Part shown: positions 12,742 through 27,000 of the stretch, one piece after another
Position numbering within the stretch: the first letter of the stretch is position 1
Layout of the letters: every line of letters starts with the position of its first letter
NCBI GenBank assembly: GCA_964016885.1
Contig: OZ024762.1
Span: forward strand, 10,788,001-10,852,000
Reading direction: 5' to 3'
Length of the DNA stretch: 64,000 bases
Source: Eledone cirrhosa
Taxonomy: Eukaryota
Program-made: the position numbers and the translations under genes
The notes under the pieces: model-generated
Told to the model about the DNA's origin: nothing
What the model saw: only the letters and a program-made list of their open reading frames with translations
The model's database searches: none

Positions 12742-15700
12742 CTATCTCCACACACACACACACCTATCTCCACACACACACACACACCTATCTACACACA
12801 CGCACCTATCTCCACATACACACACACCTATCTCCACAGACACACACACACCTATCTACACACACACACCTATCTCCACACACACACACCTATCTACACA
12901 CATGCACACCTATCTCTACACACACCCACCCATCTCCACACACACACACACACACACACACCTATCTCCACACACACACACACCTATCTCCACACACACA
13001 CACCTATCTACACACACGCACCTATCTCCACACACACACACACCTATCTCCACAGACACACACACACCTATCTACACACACACCTATCTCCACACACACA
13101 CACACCTATCTACACACATGCACACCTATCTCCACACACACACACACCTATCTCCACAGACACACACACACCTATCTACACACACACACACCTATCTACA
13201 CACACACACACCTATCTACACACACACACACACCTATCTCCACACACACCCACCCATCTACACACACACACACACCTATCTCCACAGACACACACACACC
13301 TATCTACACACACACACCTATCTACACACACACACACCTATCTACACACACACACACACCTATCTCCACACACACCCACCCATCTCCACACACACACACA
13401 CACACACACACACCTATCTACACACACACACGCACCTATCTCCACAGACACACACACACCTATCTCCACACACACACACACCTATCTCCACACACACACA
13501 CACACCTATCTCCACACACACACACCTATCTCCACACACACACACCTATCTCTACACACACACATATCTCCACACACACACACACACCTATCTCCACACA
13601 CACACACCTATCTCCACACACACACACCTATCTCCACACACACACACACCTATCTCCACACACACACACACACCTATCTCCACACACACCCACCCATCTA
13701 CACACACACACACACACCTACCTACACACACACACACACACACACACCTATCTCCACACACACCCACCTATCTACACACACACACACCTATCTCCACACA
13801 CACACACACACACCTATCTCCACACACACCCACCCATCTACACACACACACACACACCTACCTACACACACACACACACACACACCTATCTCCACACACA
13901 CCCACCCATCTCCACACACACACACACACCTATCTACACACAGACACACACACACCTATCTCCACACACACACACACACCTATCTCCACACACACACACA
14001 CCTACCTACACAGTATATACAGCTGTTTGATACACCTTGTATCATGTCAACATTATTCAAATGAATTGTGCTTAGTTACAAACCAGTTTATCACCATCAC
14101 CATCACCACCAGCAACACAACCACCATCATCACCATCAACATCATCGTCACCATTACCATCAACACCACCACCATCACCATGATCAGCATCATCACATCC
14201 ATCATCATCACCATCACCACCACCATCACGACCACCATAACCACCATCATCACATCCATCACCATCACCACCATCACAACCACCATAACCACCATAACCA
14301 CCATCATCACATCCATCACCATCACCACCATCACAACCACCATAACCACCATAACCACCATCATCACATCCATCACCATCACCACCATCACAACCACCAT
14401 AACAACCATAACCACCATCATCACATCCATCACCATCACCACCATCACAACCACCATAACCACCATCATCACATCCATCACCATCATCACCATCACCATC
14501 AGCACCATCAACACCATCAGCACCATCATCATCAGCACCGCCATCATCATCAACACCATCATCACCAGTGTATCATATATATATATATAATGTTATGCTC
14601 ACCTGTCAGGTGGTATAACTCGGTTACATACATTAGTGTGACATACAGTGTATCATATATATATATATATATATATATAATGTTATGCTCACCTGTCAGG
14701 TGGTATAACTCGGTTACATACATTAGTGTGACATACAGTGTATCATATATATATATATATATAGGTTATGCTCACCTGTCAGGTGGTATAACTCGGTTAC
14801 ATACATTAGTGTGACATACAGTGCATCATATATATATATATATATATATATAGGTTATGCTCACCTGTCAGGTGGTATAACTCGGTTACATACATTAGTG
14901 TGACATACAGTGTATCATATATATATATAATGTTATGCTCACCTGTCAGGTAGTGGTTCAGCACCGTAACAACTTTCGCATCGATTTGGATCTAAGACGG
15001 CCTTCTCTGTGTCCTTTCATAAATGAGAGAGAGAGAGAGAGAATGTGAATAAGAGAGAGGGAGAAGTGGAAGGGGAGAGGAAGAATGAGAGACAGAGAGA
15101 GGAGTGAAGGCAGGAGGAGAGAGGGAGGAAGAGATAAATAGAGAGGAGAAAGAGCGGGAAATGTAATGATGTTTTAATTCAAATGTTTATAGTATCTTTA
15201 CTAGTGGACAGATTGTTATAAAAATTTGCTGTATTAGAGTAAATCTTCGATTTTTAATGTGATGCAGTCATAGTGTTGGTTTGTATTTTGCAAGAATGTC
15301 TTACTAATGTGGTTTATTAATTCAAATGTTTATGGAGGCACATGGCTTAGTGGTTAGAGCATTGGCCTTGCAATCGAAAGGTTGTGAGTTCAATTCTCAG
15401 ACCGGGTGATGTGTTGTTTCCTTGAGCAAGACACTTTATTTCACATTGCTCCAGTTTACTCAGCTGTAGAAATGAGATGATAGGGACTGGGGTCCCTATC
15501 ATTCCACTGCAAAGTGGTCGTGAAGGTGCCACGGCAAAAAAGCACCCAGCACTCACTGTAAATGAGGTTGGTGTTAGGAAGGGCATCCAGCTGTAGAAAT
15601 CAAGCCAGAATCTGTTCCCGTCCCATCCTTGCAAGCAGGGAAAAGTGGACGTAAAATGAAATGATGATGATGATGATGATGATAGTATCTTTACTAGTGG

Positions 15701-16273
15701 ACAGATTGTTATAAAAATTTGCTGTATTAGAGTAAATCTTCGATTTTTAATGTGATGCAGTCATAGTGTTGGTTTGTATTTTGCAAGAATGTCTTATTAA
15801 TGTGGTTTATTAATTCAAATGTTTATAGTATCTTTACTAGTGGACAGATTGTTGTTAAAATGTCCTTTTTTTTTTACAATTTTGTCACTGGAATGTGACC
15901 AGTCAAAACTAAATTCAAAATTAAGAGAAAGAGAACAACATACCATACATGCATATATATACATACACACACACATACACACATATATACATACATACTT
16001 ACACACACACACATATATATACATACACATATATACATACACACACATACACATATACATACATACACATATATACATACACACACATACGTACACAGAT
16101 GGACAGAAAAATAGCTAAAATTGATCTTACCTGTGTTGTATTTGCCTTAGTTCCTATAACTGGAGACACAAAGAGAGAGAGAGAGTTAGTAAGAGAGATA
16201 GAGAGAGAGAGAGCGAGAGTTAGTAAGAGAGATGAGAGAGAAAGAGAGAGAGTTAGTGATCGAGGTGAGATAG

Positions 16274-16325
<52 letters not shown>

Positions 16326-16387
16326 AGAGACATATACATACATATCTATATATATATAGTGAGATATATATACATATATATAGTGAG

Positions 16388-16418
<31 letters not shown>

Positions 16419-19400
16419 GTGAGATATATATAGATATATATATATATATATAGTGAGATATATATAGATATATATATATATATATATATATAGTGAGATA
16501 TATATACATATATATATATATATAGTGAGATATATATACATATATATATATATAGTGAGATATATATACATATATATATATAGTGAGATATATATACATA
16601 TATATATAGTGAGATATATATACATATCTATATATATATATATATAGTGAGATATATATACATATATATATATATATATACATAAATATATATATATATG
16701 TATATAAATAGGGAGACACCAAGCAGGCCTTACTAGCAAATTTGAAAATTAGGTAGTACCATGTGCTTATGCCGTATTTGACTAAATGGAATTAGTCTGT
16801 TAGCTGGGATTTAAAAAAAAACCCCTGAATGGAAAAAAGGATGAGTATTGACGTACATGGAACACAAACCCACATCTTTGGTTTGCCGGACAAATGAGTT
16901 ACCATTATAATGGTAACACATTGGTCCGGCAAACCAAAATAGTCTGGGAACGATGAGTATATTAGTAAAAGATGCTAGAAATAGCAGCCAAATCTTCAAC
17001 AAAACACAACGTATCATCTTAAAAAAGAAACCCTAATACTGCAAGTGTTTTAAAGAATGTACTGATCAAGGACTATAGTATAATACCATAAACACCATAT
17101 CATAATACCATAAACACCATATCATAATACCTTTGTATAAAACACCACATAATACCTTTATATATTATACCACAACAGAATTACCTTTGTATAAAACAGC
17201 ACAACATAATACCTTTATATATTATACCACAACAGAATTACCTTTGTATAAAACAGTACAACATAATACCTTTATATATTATACTACAACAGAATTACCT
17301 TTGTATAAAACACCACAGCATAATACTTTTGTATATAATACCTCAACAAAAATAGCTTTGTATAAAATACCACAGTATAATACCTCTGTATAGTACACCA
17401 TAGCACAATAACGCTATATAATATACCACAGGATAATACTTTTGTGTAATATACCACTGCACAATACTGCTGTATAATACCATATATATAATACACAACT
17501 GCATAATATTTCTGTATAACACACCACTGTATAATACATCTATATAACACACCACAGCATAATACTTCTGTATAATACCTCTGTATAATACTCGACCACA
17601 TAATACCTCAATATAATACACCACAGCATACCTCTATATAATACACCACCACATATTACTTCAGTATAATACCTCTATATAATACACCACTACATAATAC
17701 CTCTATATAATACTTAACCACATAATACTTCAGTATAATACCTCTATATAATACACCACTACATAATACCTCTGTATAATACCTCTATATAATACTTAAC
17801 CACATAATACTTCAGTATAATACCTCTATATAATACACCACTACATAATACCTCTGTATAATACCACTATCATGTAGCAACAATATGACATTGAAATATG
17901 TGGTCAAATACTAGAGCATACAAGTACTCATGTATAATACAATATAAGTTGTGAGCTGCAACTTTAAGTTGTTTTTTTTAAATTGAAATATATGTTTCAA
18001 AGAGGTACCACTGCCAAAACTTTGAAGTTGCTGGCACCTTTTTCTTTGGTGACACAATAAAATGCACCCAGTACACTCTGCAAAGTGGTTAGTGATATAA
18101 GCAGCATCCAGCTGTAGAAAACTTGCCAAACAAGGTCAGAGAGGACTCTTCAGTTGTGTCAAAGACATGATGGCCTTCCTAGTATTGGTGCCATGATAAA
18201 ATGCACCCAGTACACTCTGTAAAGCGGTTGGTGATATAAGCAGCATCTAATTGTAAAACACTTGCCAAACAAGGTCAGGGAGGACTCTTCAGTTGTGTCA
18301 AAGACATGGTGACCTTCCTGGTATTGGTGCCATGGTAAAATAAACCCAGTACACTCTGAAATTCTAAACTCCCAAGAAGAGAACCACCACTGATTCAAGA
18401 TCACCCTCACTACCAACAGAACTGCCATTCCCCACCTCCGAAGCAAATGCTAAGGGGCAAAGGAAAAATAGAGGTGAAAGCAATTAGGAAATATGAGAGT
18501 ACAAGAAAATAGAATTATTCTCACCTTTATCAGGGCGTTCTATGTAAAAAAGTAAAAATGTTTTCAAAATAATAACAAACATACAAGTAACAACTTCACC
18601 CTTTCCTCACCATATTTTCAGTGAAAGACAGTCTATGTCATTAACCCTTTCATTACCATATTTCTAATGAAAGACACTGTCTATGTCATTAACCCTTTCA
18701 TTACCATATTTCTAATGAAACATCACCAACAACACCACCATCAAACAACCATTGTAAACCAAGTTTGTCTCACCTTGTTTTTCCACATCATTCGTGATAG
18801 GCTCTCCGTTTAAACCAAGTCGACGTTTAAACAGGTTGTGATCTACATCAATTTGTTGTTCACCAGAAGCATCCATAGCGTCTGTGCTGAGAACTGAAAT
18901 ACACACAACAAGCATTAGTAACACATTCGTTAGCAGATCTCTAATAAAATACACTTTATTTTAATTAATTACTGAAAAATTGGAAAAGATTTACTATAAT
19001 TATTTAAATTTTTTTTTCCACTTTCAAAAATATTTTATTTTTTATACTTAAACATTATTATTTCTACTTTTTGGCACAAGGCCAACAATTATCCCAGTGC
19101 ATTACTGGTACTTTATTTTATCGACCTCGTAAGGATGAAAGGCAAAGTTAACCTCGGCGGGATTTGAACTCAGACCATAAAGGGCCATAACTCTTTGCTG
19201 CAAAGCATGGCGTCCGACCCTCTACCGATACTGCCAATCCACCGCATATTATGTCAACTAAATAGGTGTGTGACTTCCTAGTTAGAGAGTGGGATTAGCA
19301 ATTGTGAGGTTGTGAGTTCAATTCTCGGACCAGGTAATGGGTTATGTCCTTGAGCAAAACACTTTACTATCATGTTGCTCCTTCTGCCAGGAGTTGTGAC

Positions 19401-22400
19401 CAGCAGATAGTATCAGCAATGGAAAAACCAATGGAAAGACCAATAGAAACATTGTTTCCTTGGTCCAATTTGACGAGGTCCACCACACTCGGCAAGCAAA
19501 TGAGGTCTGGGATCTTGTCGATTGATCAGAGCGATATTTTACAGACAGAAGTTATACATGGTTGGAAATATTTTGTTATCTGTTATATATAAATATATTA
19601 TGTCAACTATATTTTACAGAAGTTATACAATGATGGAGATATTTTGTTATCTGTTATATATAAACATATTATGTCAACTATATTTTACAGAAGTTATACA
19701 AGGTTGGAAATATTTTGTTATCTGTTATATATAAATATATTATACCAACTATATTTTACAGAAGTTATACAATGGTCGAAATATTTTGTTATCTGTTATA
19801 TATAAACATATTATGTCAACTATATTTTACAGAAGTTATACAAGGTTGGAAATATTTTGTTATCTGTTATATATAAATATATTATGTCAACTATATTTTA
19901 CAGAAGTTATACAATGGTGGAAATATTTTGTTAACTGTTATATATAAATATATTATGTCAACTATATTTTACAGAAGTTATACAATGGTCGAAATATTTT
20001 GTTATCTGTTATATATAAACATATTATGTCAACTATATTTTACAGAAGTTATACAAGGTTGGAAATATTTTGTTATCTGTTATATATAAATATATTATGT
20101 CAACTATATTTTACAGAAGTTATACAAGGTTGGAAATATTTTGTTATCTGTTATATATAAATATATTATGTCAACTATATTTTACAGATGTTATACATGG
20201 TTGGAAATATTTTGTTATCTGTTATATATAAATATATTATGTCAACTATATTTTACAGAAGTTATACAATGGTGGAAATATTTTGTTATCTGTTATATAT
20301 AAATATATTATGTCAACTATATTTTACAGAAGTTATACAATGGTGGAAATATTTTGTTATCTGTTATATATAAATATATTATGTCAACTATATTTTACAG
20401 AAGTTATACAATGGTGGAAATATTTTGTTATCTGTTATATATAAATATATTATGTCAACTATATTTTACAGAAGTTATACATGGTTGGAAATATTTTGTT
20501 ATCTGTTATATATAAATATATTATGTCAACTATATTTTACAGAAGTTATACAAGGTTGGAAATATTTTGTTATCTGTTATATATAAATATATTATGTCAA
20601 CTATATTTTACAGAAGTTATACAAGGTTGGAAATATTTTGTTATCTGTTATATATAAATATATTATGTCAACTATATTTTACAGATGTTATACATGGTTG
20701 GAAATATTTTGTTATCTGTTATATATAAATATATTATGTCAACTATATTTTACAGAAGTTATACAATGGTGGAAATATTTTGTTATCTGTTATATATAAA
20801 TATATTATGTCAACTATATTTTACAGAAGTTATACAATGGTGGAAATATTTTGTTATCTGTTATATATAAATATATTATGTCAACTATATTTTACAGAAG
20901 TTATACAATGGTGGAAATATTTTGTTATCTGTTATATATAAATATATTATGTCAACTATATTTTACAGAAGTTATACATGGTTGGAAATATTTTGTTATC
21001 TGTTATATATAAATATATTATGTCAACTATATTTTACAGAAGTTATACATGGTTGGAAATATTTTGTTATCTGTTATATATAAATATATTATGTCAACTA
21101 TATTTTACAGAAGTTATACATGGTTGGAAATATTTTGTTATCTGTTATATATAAATATATTATGTCAACTATATTTTACAGAAGTTATACATGGTTGGAA
21201 ATATTTTGTTATCTGTTATATATAAATATATTATGTCAACTATATTTTACAGAAGTTATACAATGGTGCAAATATTTTGTTATCTGTTATATATAAATAT
21301 ATTATGTCAACTATATTTTACAGAGTTATACAATGGTGGAAATATTTTGTTATCTGTTATATATAAATATATTATGTCAACTATATTTTACAGAAGTTAT
21401 ACAATGGTGGAAATATTTTGTTATCTGTTATATATAAATATATTATGTCAACTATATTTTACAGAAGTTATACAATGGTGGAAATATTTTGTTATCTGTT
21501 ATATATATAAATATATTATGTCAACTATATTTTACAGAAGTTATACAATGGTGGAAATGTTTTGTTATCTGTTATATATAAATATATTATGTCAACTATA
21601 TTTTACAGAAGTTATACATGGTTGGAAATATTTTGTTATCTGTTATATATAAATATATTACGTCAACTATATTTTACAGAAGTTATACAGTGACACAATA
21701 GGTTTATTAAACTAAAGAGCAAATGCGATAAAACTGTTCAATATAAATAACAATAAGGAAATGACAAAGAAAGAGAAGGAAAAAGGAAAGAGAAATAATT
21801 TGAAATAAAAAAAGCAACATCAATATTATTGATGTTTGCACTAACGGGAACATGCGAGCCTTGGAAAGGTGATATCGATGTGAATGAGCAGTTTCTGTCC
21901 CCTGGATGTGTCAACAAACAGTTCAGGATGAACTTCTTTGGTGAGATAATAATTCAGTTCAGACATGAAGAGTACAAACATTAAAACTGAGCTGATCAAA
22001 GTAACTAAAATAGAAAAATACAGAAAAAAATATATTAAAATACAATTTAACCCTTTGGCATTTAAACTGGCCATATCTGGCCAGAATTTTCTCACCCCTC
22101 TCTGTCCAAACCGCCTGTAACCGGCCAATCATACCAACATAAATGTATTGTTTTCAAAATAAAAAATTTCAAAATCTCATAGATTCAATATTATAATAAT
22201 AATAATGAAATTATTGTGTACAGTGCTCAGGTGCACTACAACTCATCAAAGGTGCATCTATAGTACATAGAATAATATACAAATGTCAGGGAAGTGAATA
22301 GTGTATGAGTCATGATATACATGTGTGCGTGTGTATGGAGGGGGAATATTAGGTGTAGTGTTGGTGAAACTCAGGAAGCATGGAGGTTTTAAAGGATGCA

Positions 22401-24052
22401 GTGTCTCGACAGCTAACAACTGATGCAGGTAGTTTGTTCCATGGAGGTTTTAAAGGATGCTGCGTCTCGACAGCTAACAACTGATGCAGGTAGTTTGTTC
22501 CATGGAGGTTTTAAAGGATGCAGTGTCTTGACAGCTACCAACTGATGCAGGTAGTTTGTTCCATGGAGGTTTTAAAGGATGCTGCGTCTCGACAGCTAAC
22601 AACTGATGCAGGTAGTTTGTTCCATGGAGGTTTTAAAGGATGCAGTGTCTTGACAGCTAACAACTGATGCAGGTAGTTTGTTCCATGGAGGTTTTAAAGG
22701 ATGCTGTGTCTCGACAGCTAACAACTGATGCAGGGAGTTTGTTCCATGGAGGTTTTAAAGGATGCTGTGTCTCGACAGCCAACAACTGATGCAGGTAGTT
22801 TGTTCCATGGAGGTTTTAAAGGATGCAGTGTCTCGACAACTAACAACTGATGTAGGTAGTTTGTTCCATGCAGGCCTTAAAGGATGCAGTGTCTCGACAG
22901 CTAACAACTGATGCAGGTAGTTTGTTCCATGGAGGTTTTAAAGGATGCAGTGTCTCGACAGCTAACAACTGATGCAAGTAGTTTGTTCCATGGAGGTTTT
23001 AAAGGATGCAGTATCTCGACAGCTAACAACTGATGCAGGGAGTTTGTTCCATGGAGGTTTTAAAGGATGCAATGTCTCGACAGCTAACAACTGATGCAGG
23101 TAGTTTGTTCCATGGAGGTTTTAAAGGCTGCAGTGTCTTGACAGCTAACAACTGATGCAGGTAGTTTGTTCCATGGAGGTTTTAAAGGATGCAGTATCTC
23201 GACAGCTAACAACTGATGCAGGGAGTTTGTTCCATGGAGGTTTTAAAGGATGCAGTGTCTCGACAGCTAACAACTGATGCAGGTAGTTTGTTCCATGGAG
23301 GTTTTAAAGGATGCTGTGTCTCGACAGCTAACAACTGATGCAAGTAGTTTGTTCCATAGAGGTTTTAAAGGATGCAGTGTCTTGACAGCTAACAACTGAT
23401 GCAGGTAGTTTGTTCCATAGAGGTTTTAAAGGATGCAGTGTCTCGACAACTAACAACTGATGCAGGGAGTTTGTTCCATGCTTCAGCAACTCTGAGCGTG
23501 AAAAAAATTATGTGACATAATTATATAAGATAAAGCCTTTAACCCGAAAATAAAATAGTAAATATAGAGTAATGTAAATGCAAAAGGGTTAAAGGTCTTT
23601 GGAGAATATAACAGATTGAAATTATAACATTTTAAAATGTCAAAGTAAGGGAGGTAAAAGCCAAACTCGCTGTCTTCAATTCAGTTTGTGTGCCAACCCT
23701 TACCTATGGTCAGGACTCTTGCGTAATGACTGAAAGAATACGATTGCAAATACAAGTGGTTGAAATGGGGCTCCTCCAAAGCGTCTTTGAAGTAACATTA
23801 CTTGATAGAGTGTGTAGCTGGGAGATCAGAGAGTCACTCCAGGTAGAGCCGCTACTTCTCCAAATTGAGAGATCACAGTTCCGATACTACGGACATGTGG
23901 TTAGAATGTCTCAGGAAGGAATTGCTAGACAGATTTTAGGAGCAAAACCCACCTCACCACTCTATACACACACACACACACCACTTTATATATACAAACA
24001 TGCACACCTTACTATATATATATATATATACATACACTACCCACCTCACCAC

Positions 24053-24083
<31 letters not shown>

Positions 24084-27000
24084 TACCCCCAGTCACCACT
24101 ATATAAATATGTATATAACAAAGGAAGTGTGGTAAGGAACCAGATGGACCATAACGCACCAGAGTACTCAATACTTAGGGTAGTAGAGCGGGAAATAGGA
24201 AAAAGTATGACCCCGACGGCAGAGCTCAAGCTGTTTCGACAGCTATTTTTGGACTGAAATAGCCATCGAAATGGTTTGAGCTCTGCCGTCGGGGTCATAC
24301 TTTTTCCTATATATATATATGCCCCACACTATATACACATACACTACCCCACCACACCACCCGACCACACAACTAAACCTGTTTAGAGCTATGAAAACAA
24401 TGTAAAGTATGTAGTGGTGGTGTGAGAAGATGGGCGAGGGAGAGGGGATATATGGAGGAGAGAGAGAGGGAGGGGGATATATAGAGGAGAGGGGGGGTGA
24501 AGAGAGATGGAGAGAAAGAAAAAGGAAGACATAAAACAGGTGTTAACAATTGAAATCCTACAAGTTGACACAAATACACTCCATGACAGACAGACAGACA
24601 CCAAATAACAGAACCATATACAATAAACAGCTTCACATGCTAGAAATAGCAGCCAAATCTCTTTTAAACAACACCTTCGACAATGACCCCGGGTTCAATT
24701 GGGGATGACCACAGTTAGTAAAGTACTCAATACATTAATAAAGTGTAAACATCAACTTTAATATAGAAATGGCTTCTACAGGACTAGAACTGTTTCATTC
24801 AAAAGAAATTATCAGGAAAGGTTTTCCTGATGAATGAAACAGTTCTAGTCCTGTAGAAGCCATTTCTATATTAAACTTTATATACCATGTTTCACAATAA
24901 AATGCACCCAGTCCACATTGTAAAGTAGTCATGTAGGTGTCACAATAAAATGCACCCAGTCCACACTGTAAAGTGGTCATGTAGGTGTCACAACAAAAAG
25001 CACCCAGTCCACACTGTAAAGTGGTCATGTAGGTGTGACAATAAAATGCACCCAGTCCACACTGTAAAGTAGTCATGTAGGTGTCACAATAAAATGCACC
25101 CAGTCCACACTGTAAAGTAGTCATGTAGGTGTCACAATAAAATGCACCCAGTCCACACTGTAAAGTGGTCATGTAGGTGTCACAATAAAATGCACCCAGT
25201 CCACACTGTAAAGTAGTCATGTAGGTGTCACAATAAAATGCAGCCAGTCCACACTGTAAAGTGGTCATGTAGGTGTCACAATAAAATGCACCCAGTCCAC
25301 ACTGTAAAGTAGTCATGTAGGTGTCACAATAAAATGCACCCAGTCCACACTGTAAAGTAGTCGTGTAGGTGTCACAATAAAATGCACCCAGTCCACACTG
25401 TAAAGTGGTCGTGTAGGTGTCACAATAAAATGCACCCAGTCCACACTGTAAAGTGGTCATGTAGGTGTCACAATAAAATGCACCCAGTCCACACTGTAAA
25501 GTGGTCATGTAGGTGTCACAATAAAATGCACCCAGTCCACACTGTAAAGTAGTCATGTAGGTGTCACAATAAAATGCACCCAGTCCACACTGTAAAGTAG
25601 TCATGTAGGTGTCACAATAAAATGCACCCAGTCCACACTGTAAAGTGGTCATGTAGGTGTCACAACAAAAAGCACCCAGTCCACACTGTAAAGTAGTCAT
25701 GTAGGTGTCACAACAAAAAGCACCCAGTCCACACTGTAAAGTAGTCATGTAGGTGTCACAACAAAAAGCACCCAGTCCACACTGTAAAGTGGTGATGTAG
25801 GTGTCACAACAAAAAGCACCCAGTCCACACTGTAAAGTGGTCATGTAGGTGTCACAATAAAACGCACCCAGTTACATAGTGTAAATGTGGTTGGTGCTAG
25901 CAAGGGCATCAAGCCATTAGAAACCAAGCCAAAATCAGTTTTGTATGAGCAAGACACGGTCATCCATCCTGGCTTGTTTCACAATGGGACAGCTCGTCTA
26001 ACCCATGCTAGCATGGAAATTGGACGTTAAATGGTGATGGTGATGATGATATATAATATATATGTTTCAAATATAAAGATCTCCAGGGTTCAGAGAAAGT
26101 ATTCGTCGGGGGATAACTAGTTCCCATCTTTGTCCACATGCCTGAATGAAGGGTCAGTTTAAAACTGACAGGGGTGGCCATAACTGGACCCTAAAACCAT
26201 TGTTAGCACATATATGTTAAGTGTATGAAACTTTATTTATACTAATATATATATATACTCAATGTATACACATTTCAACAGCATTCTAATAAATGCGAAT
26301 ACATTTTTTGGGACACCCTGTGTGTGTGCGTATATATGGTGTGTGTGTATATATGGTGGATGGGTGCTACACGAGAATGCTGAGGATGGCTCTGAACATT
26401 AATCAGTATACACTGAGGATGAAAAACTCAGGGCTGTATGGGAGCATCCCAAAAGTCAGCTCAAAAGTGACACAGAGGAGACTGAGGTTGGCTGGACATG
26501 CTCACCGACATCCAGAGTTGACATTGCATTCAGTGCTCCTTTGGGAGCCCCTACATGGACACACTAGAAGAGGAAGACCAAGGTTAACATATGTTGATGC
26601 CCTAAGGACAGACACTGGTCTGTTGGAAATGCAGGATATGGCAGCGATAATGAGGGACAGAGACCGCTGGAGAGAACTCGTCCATGGATCTCGGGAATTT
26701 TACCCGCCTTAGATAGATAGATATATATATATATATATATATATAAATACACAGAATGTCCCCCAAAAATGTATACACATTTATTAATTTATTAGAATGC
26801 TGTTGAAGTGTGTATGTATTTTGGGGGACATTTTAGATATATATGTGGATTGGCAGTATCGGTAGAGGGTCGGACGCCATGCTTTGACGCATAGAGTTAC
26901 GGCCCTTGCCATTCTGAGTTCAAATCCCGCCGAGGTTAACTTTGCCTTTCATCCTTACGGGGTCAATAAAATAAAGTACCAGTAATGCACTGGGTAATTG

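Noticed and set aside
9013-14814. Very long ORFs (500-886 aa) on both strands
   Set aside because: Translations of (CA/TA)-based and (CAC)n simple repeats that lack stop codons; open in several frames; lie inside an ERGIC3 intron.
15334-15410. tRNA genes
   Set aside because: A/B boxes are SINE heads continuing into CORE or Meta domains; no complete cloverleaf identified.
19535-21690. CRISPR-like appearance of this and other regular arrays
   Set aside because: Head-to-tail units with no unique spacers, no cas genes, eukaryotic intron context.
21846-22004. Possible intron loss relative to vertebrate ERGIC3 in this 159-nt exon
   Set aside because: Depends on recalled human exon boundaries that I cannot verify here.
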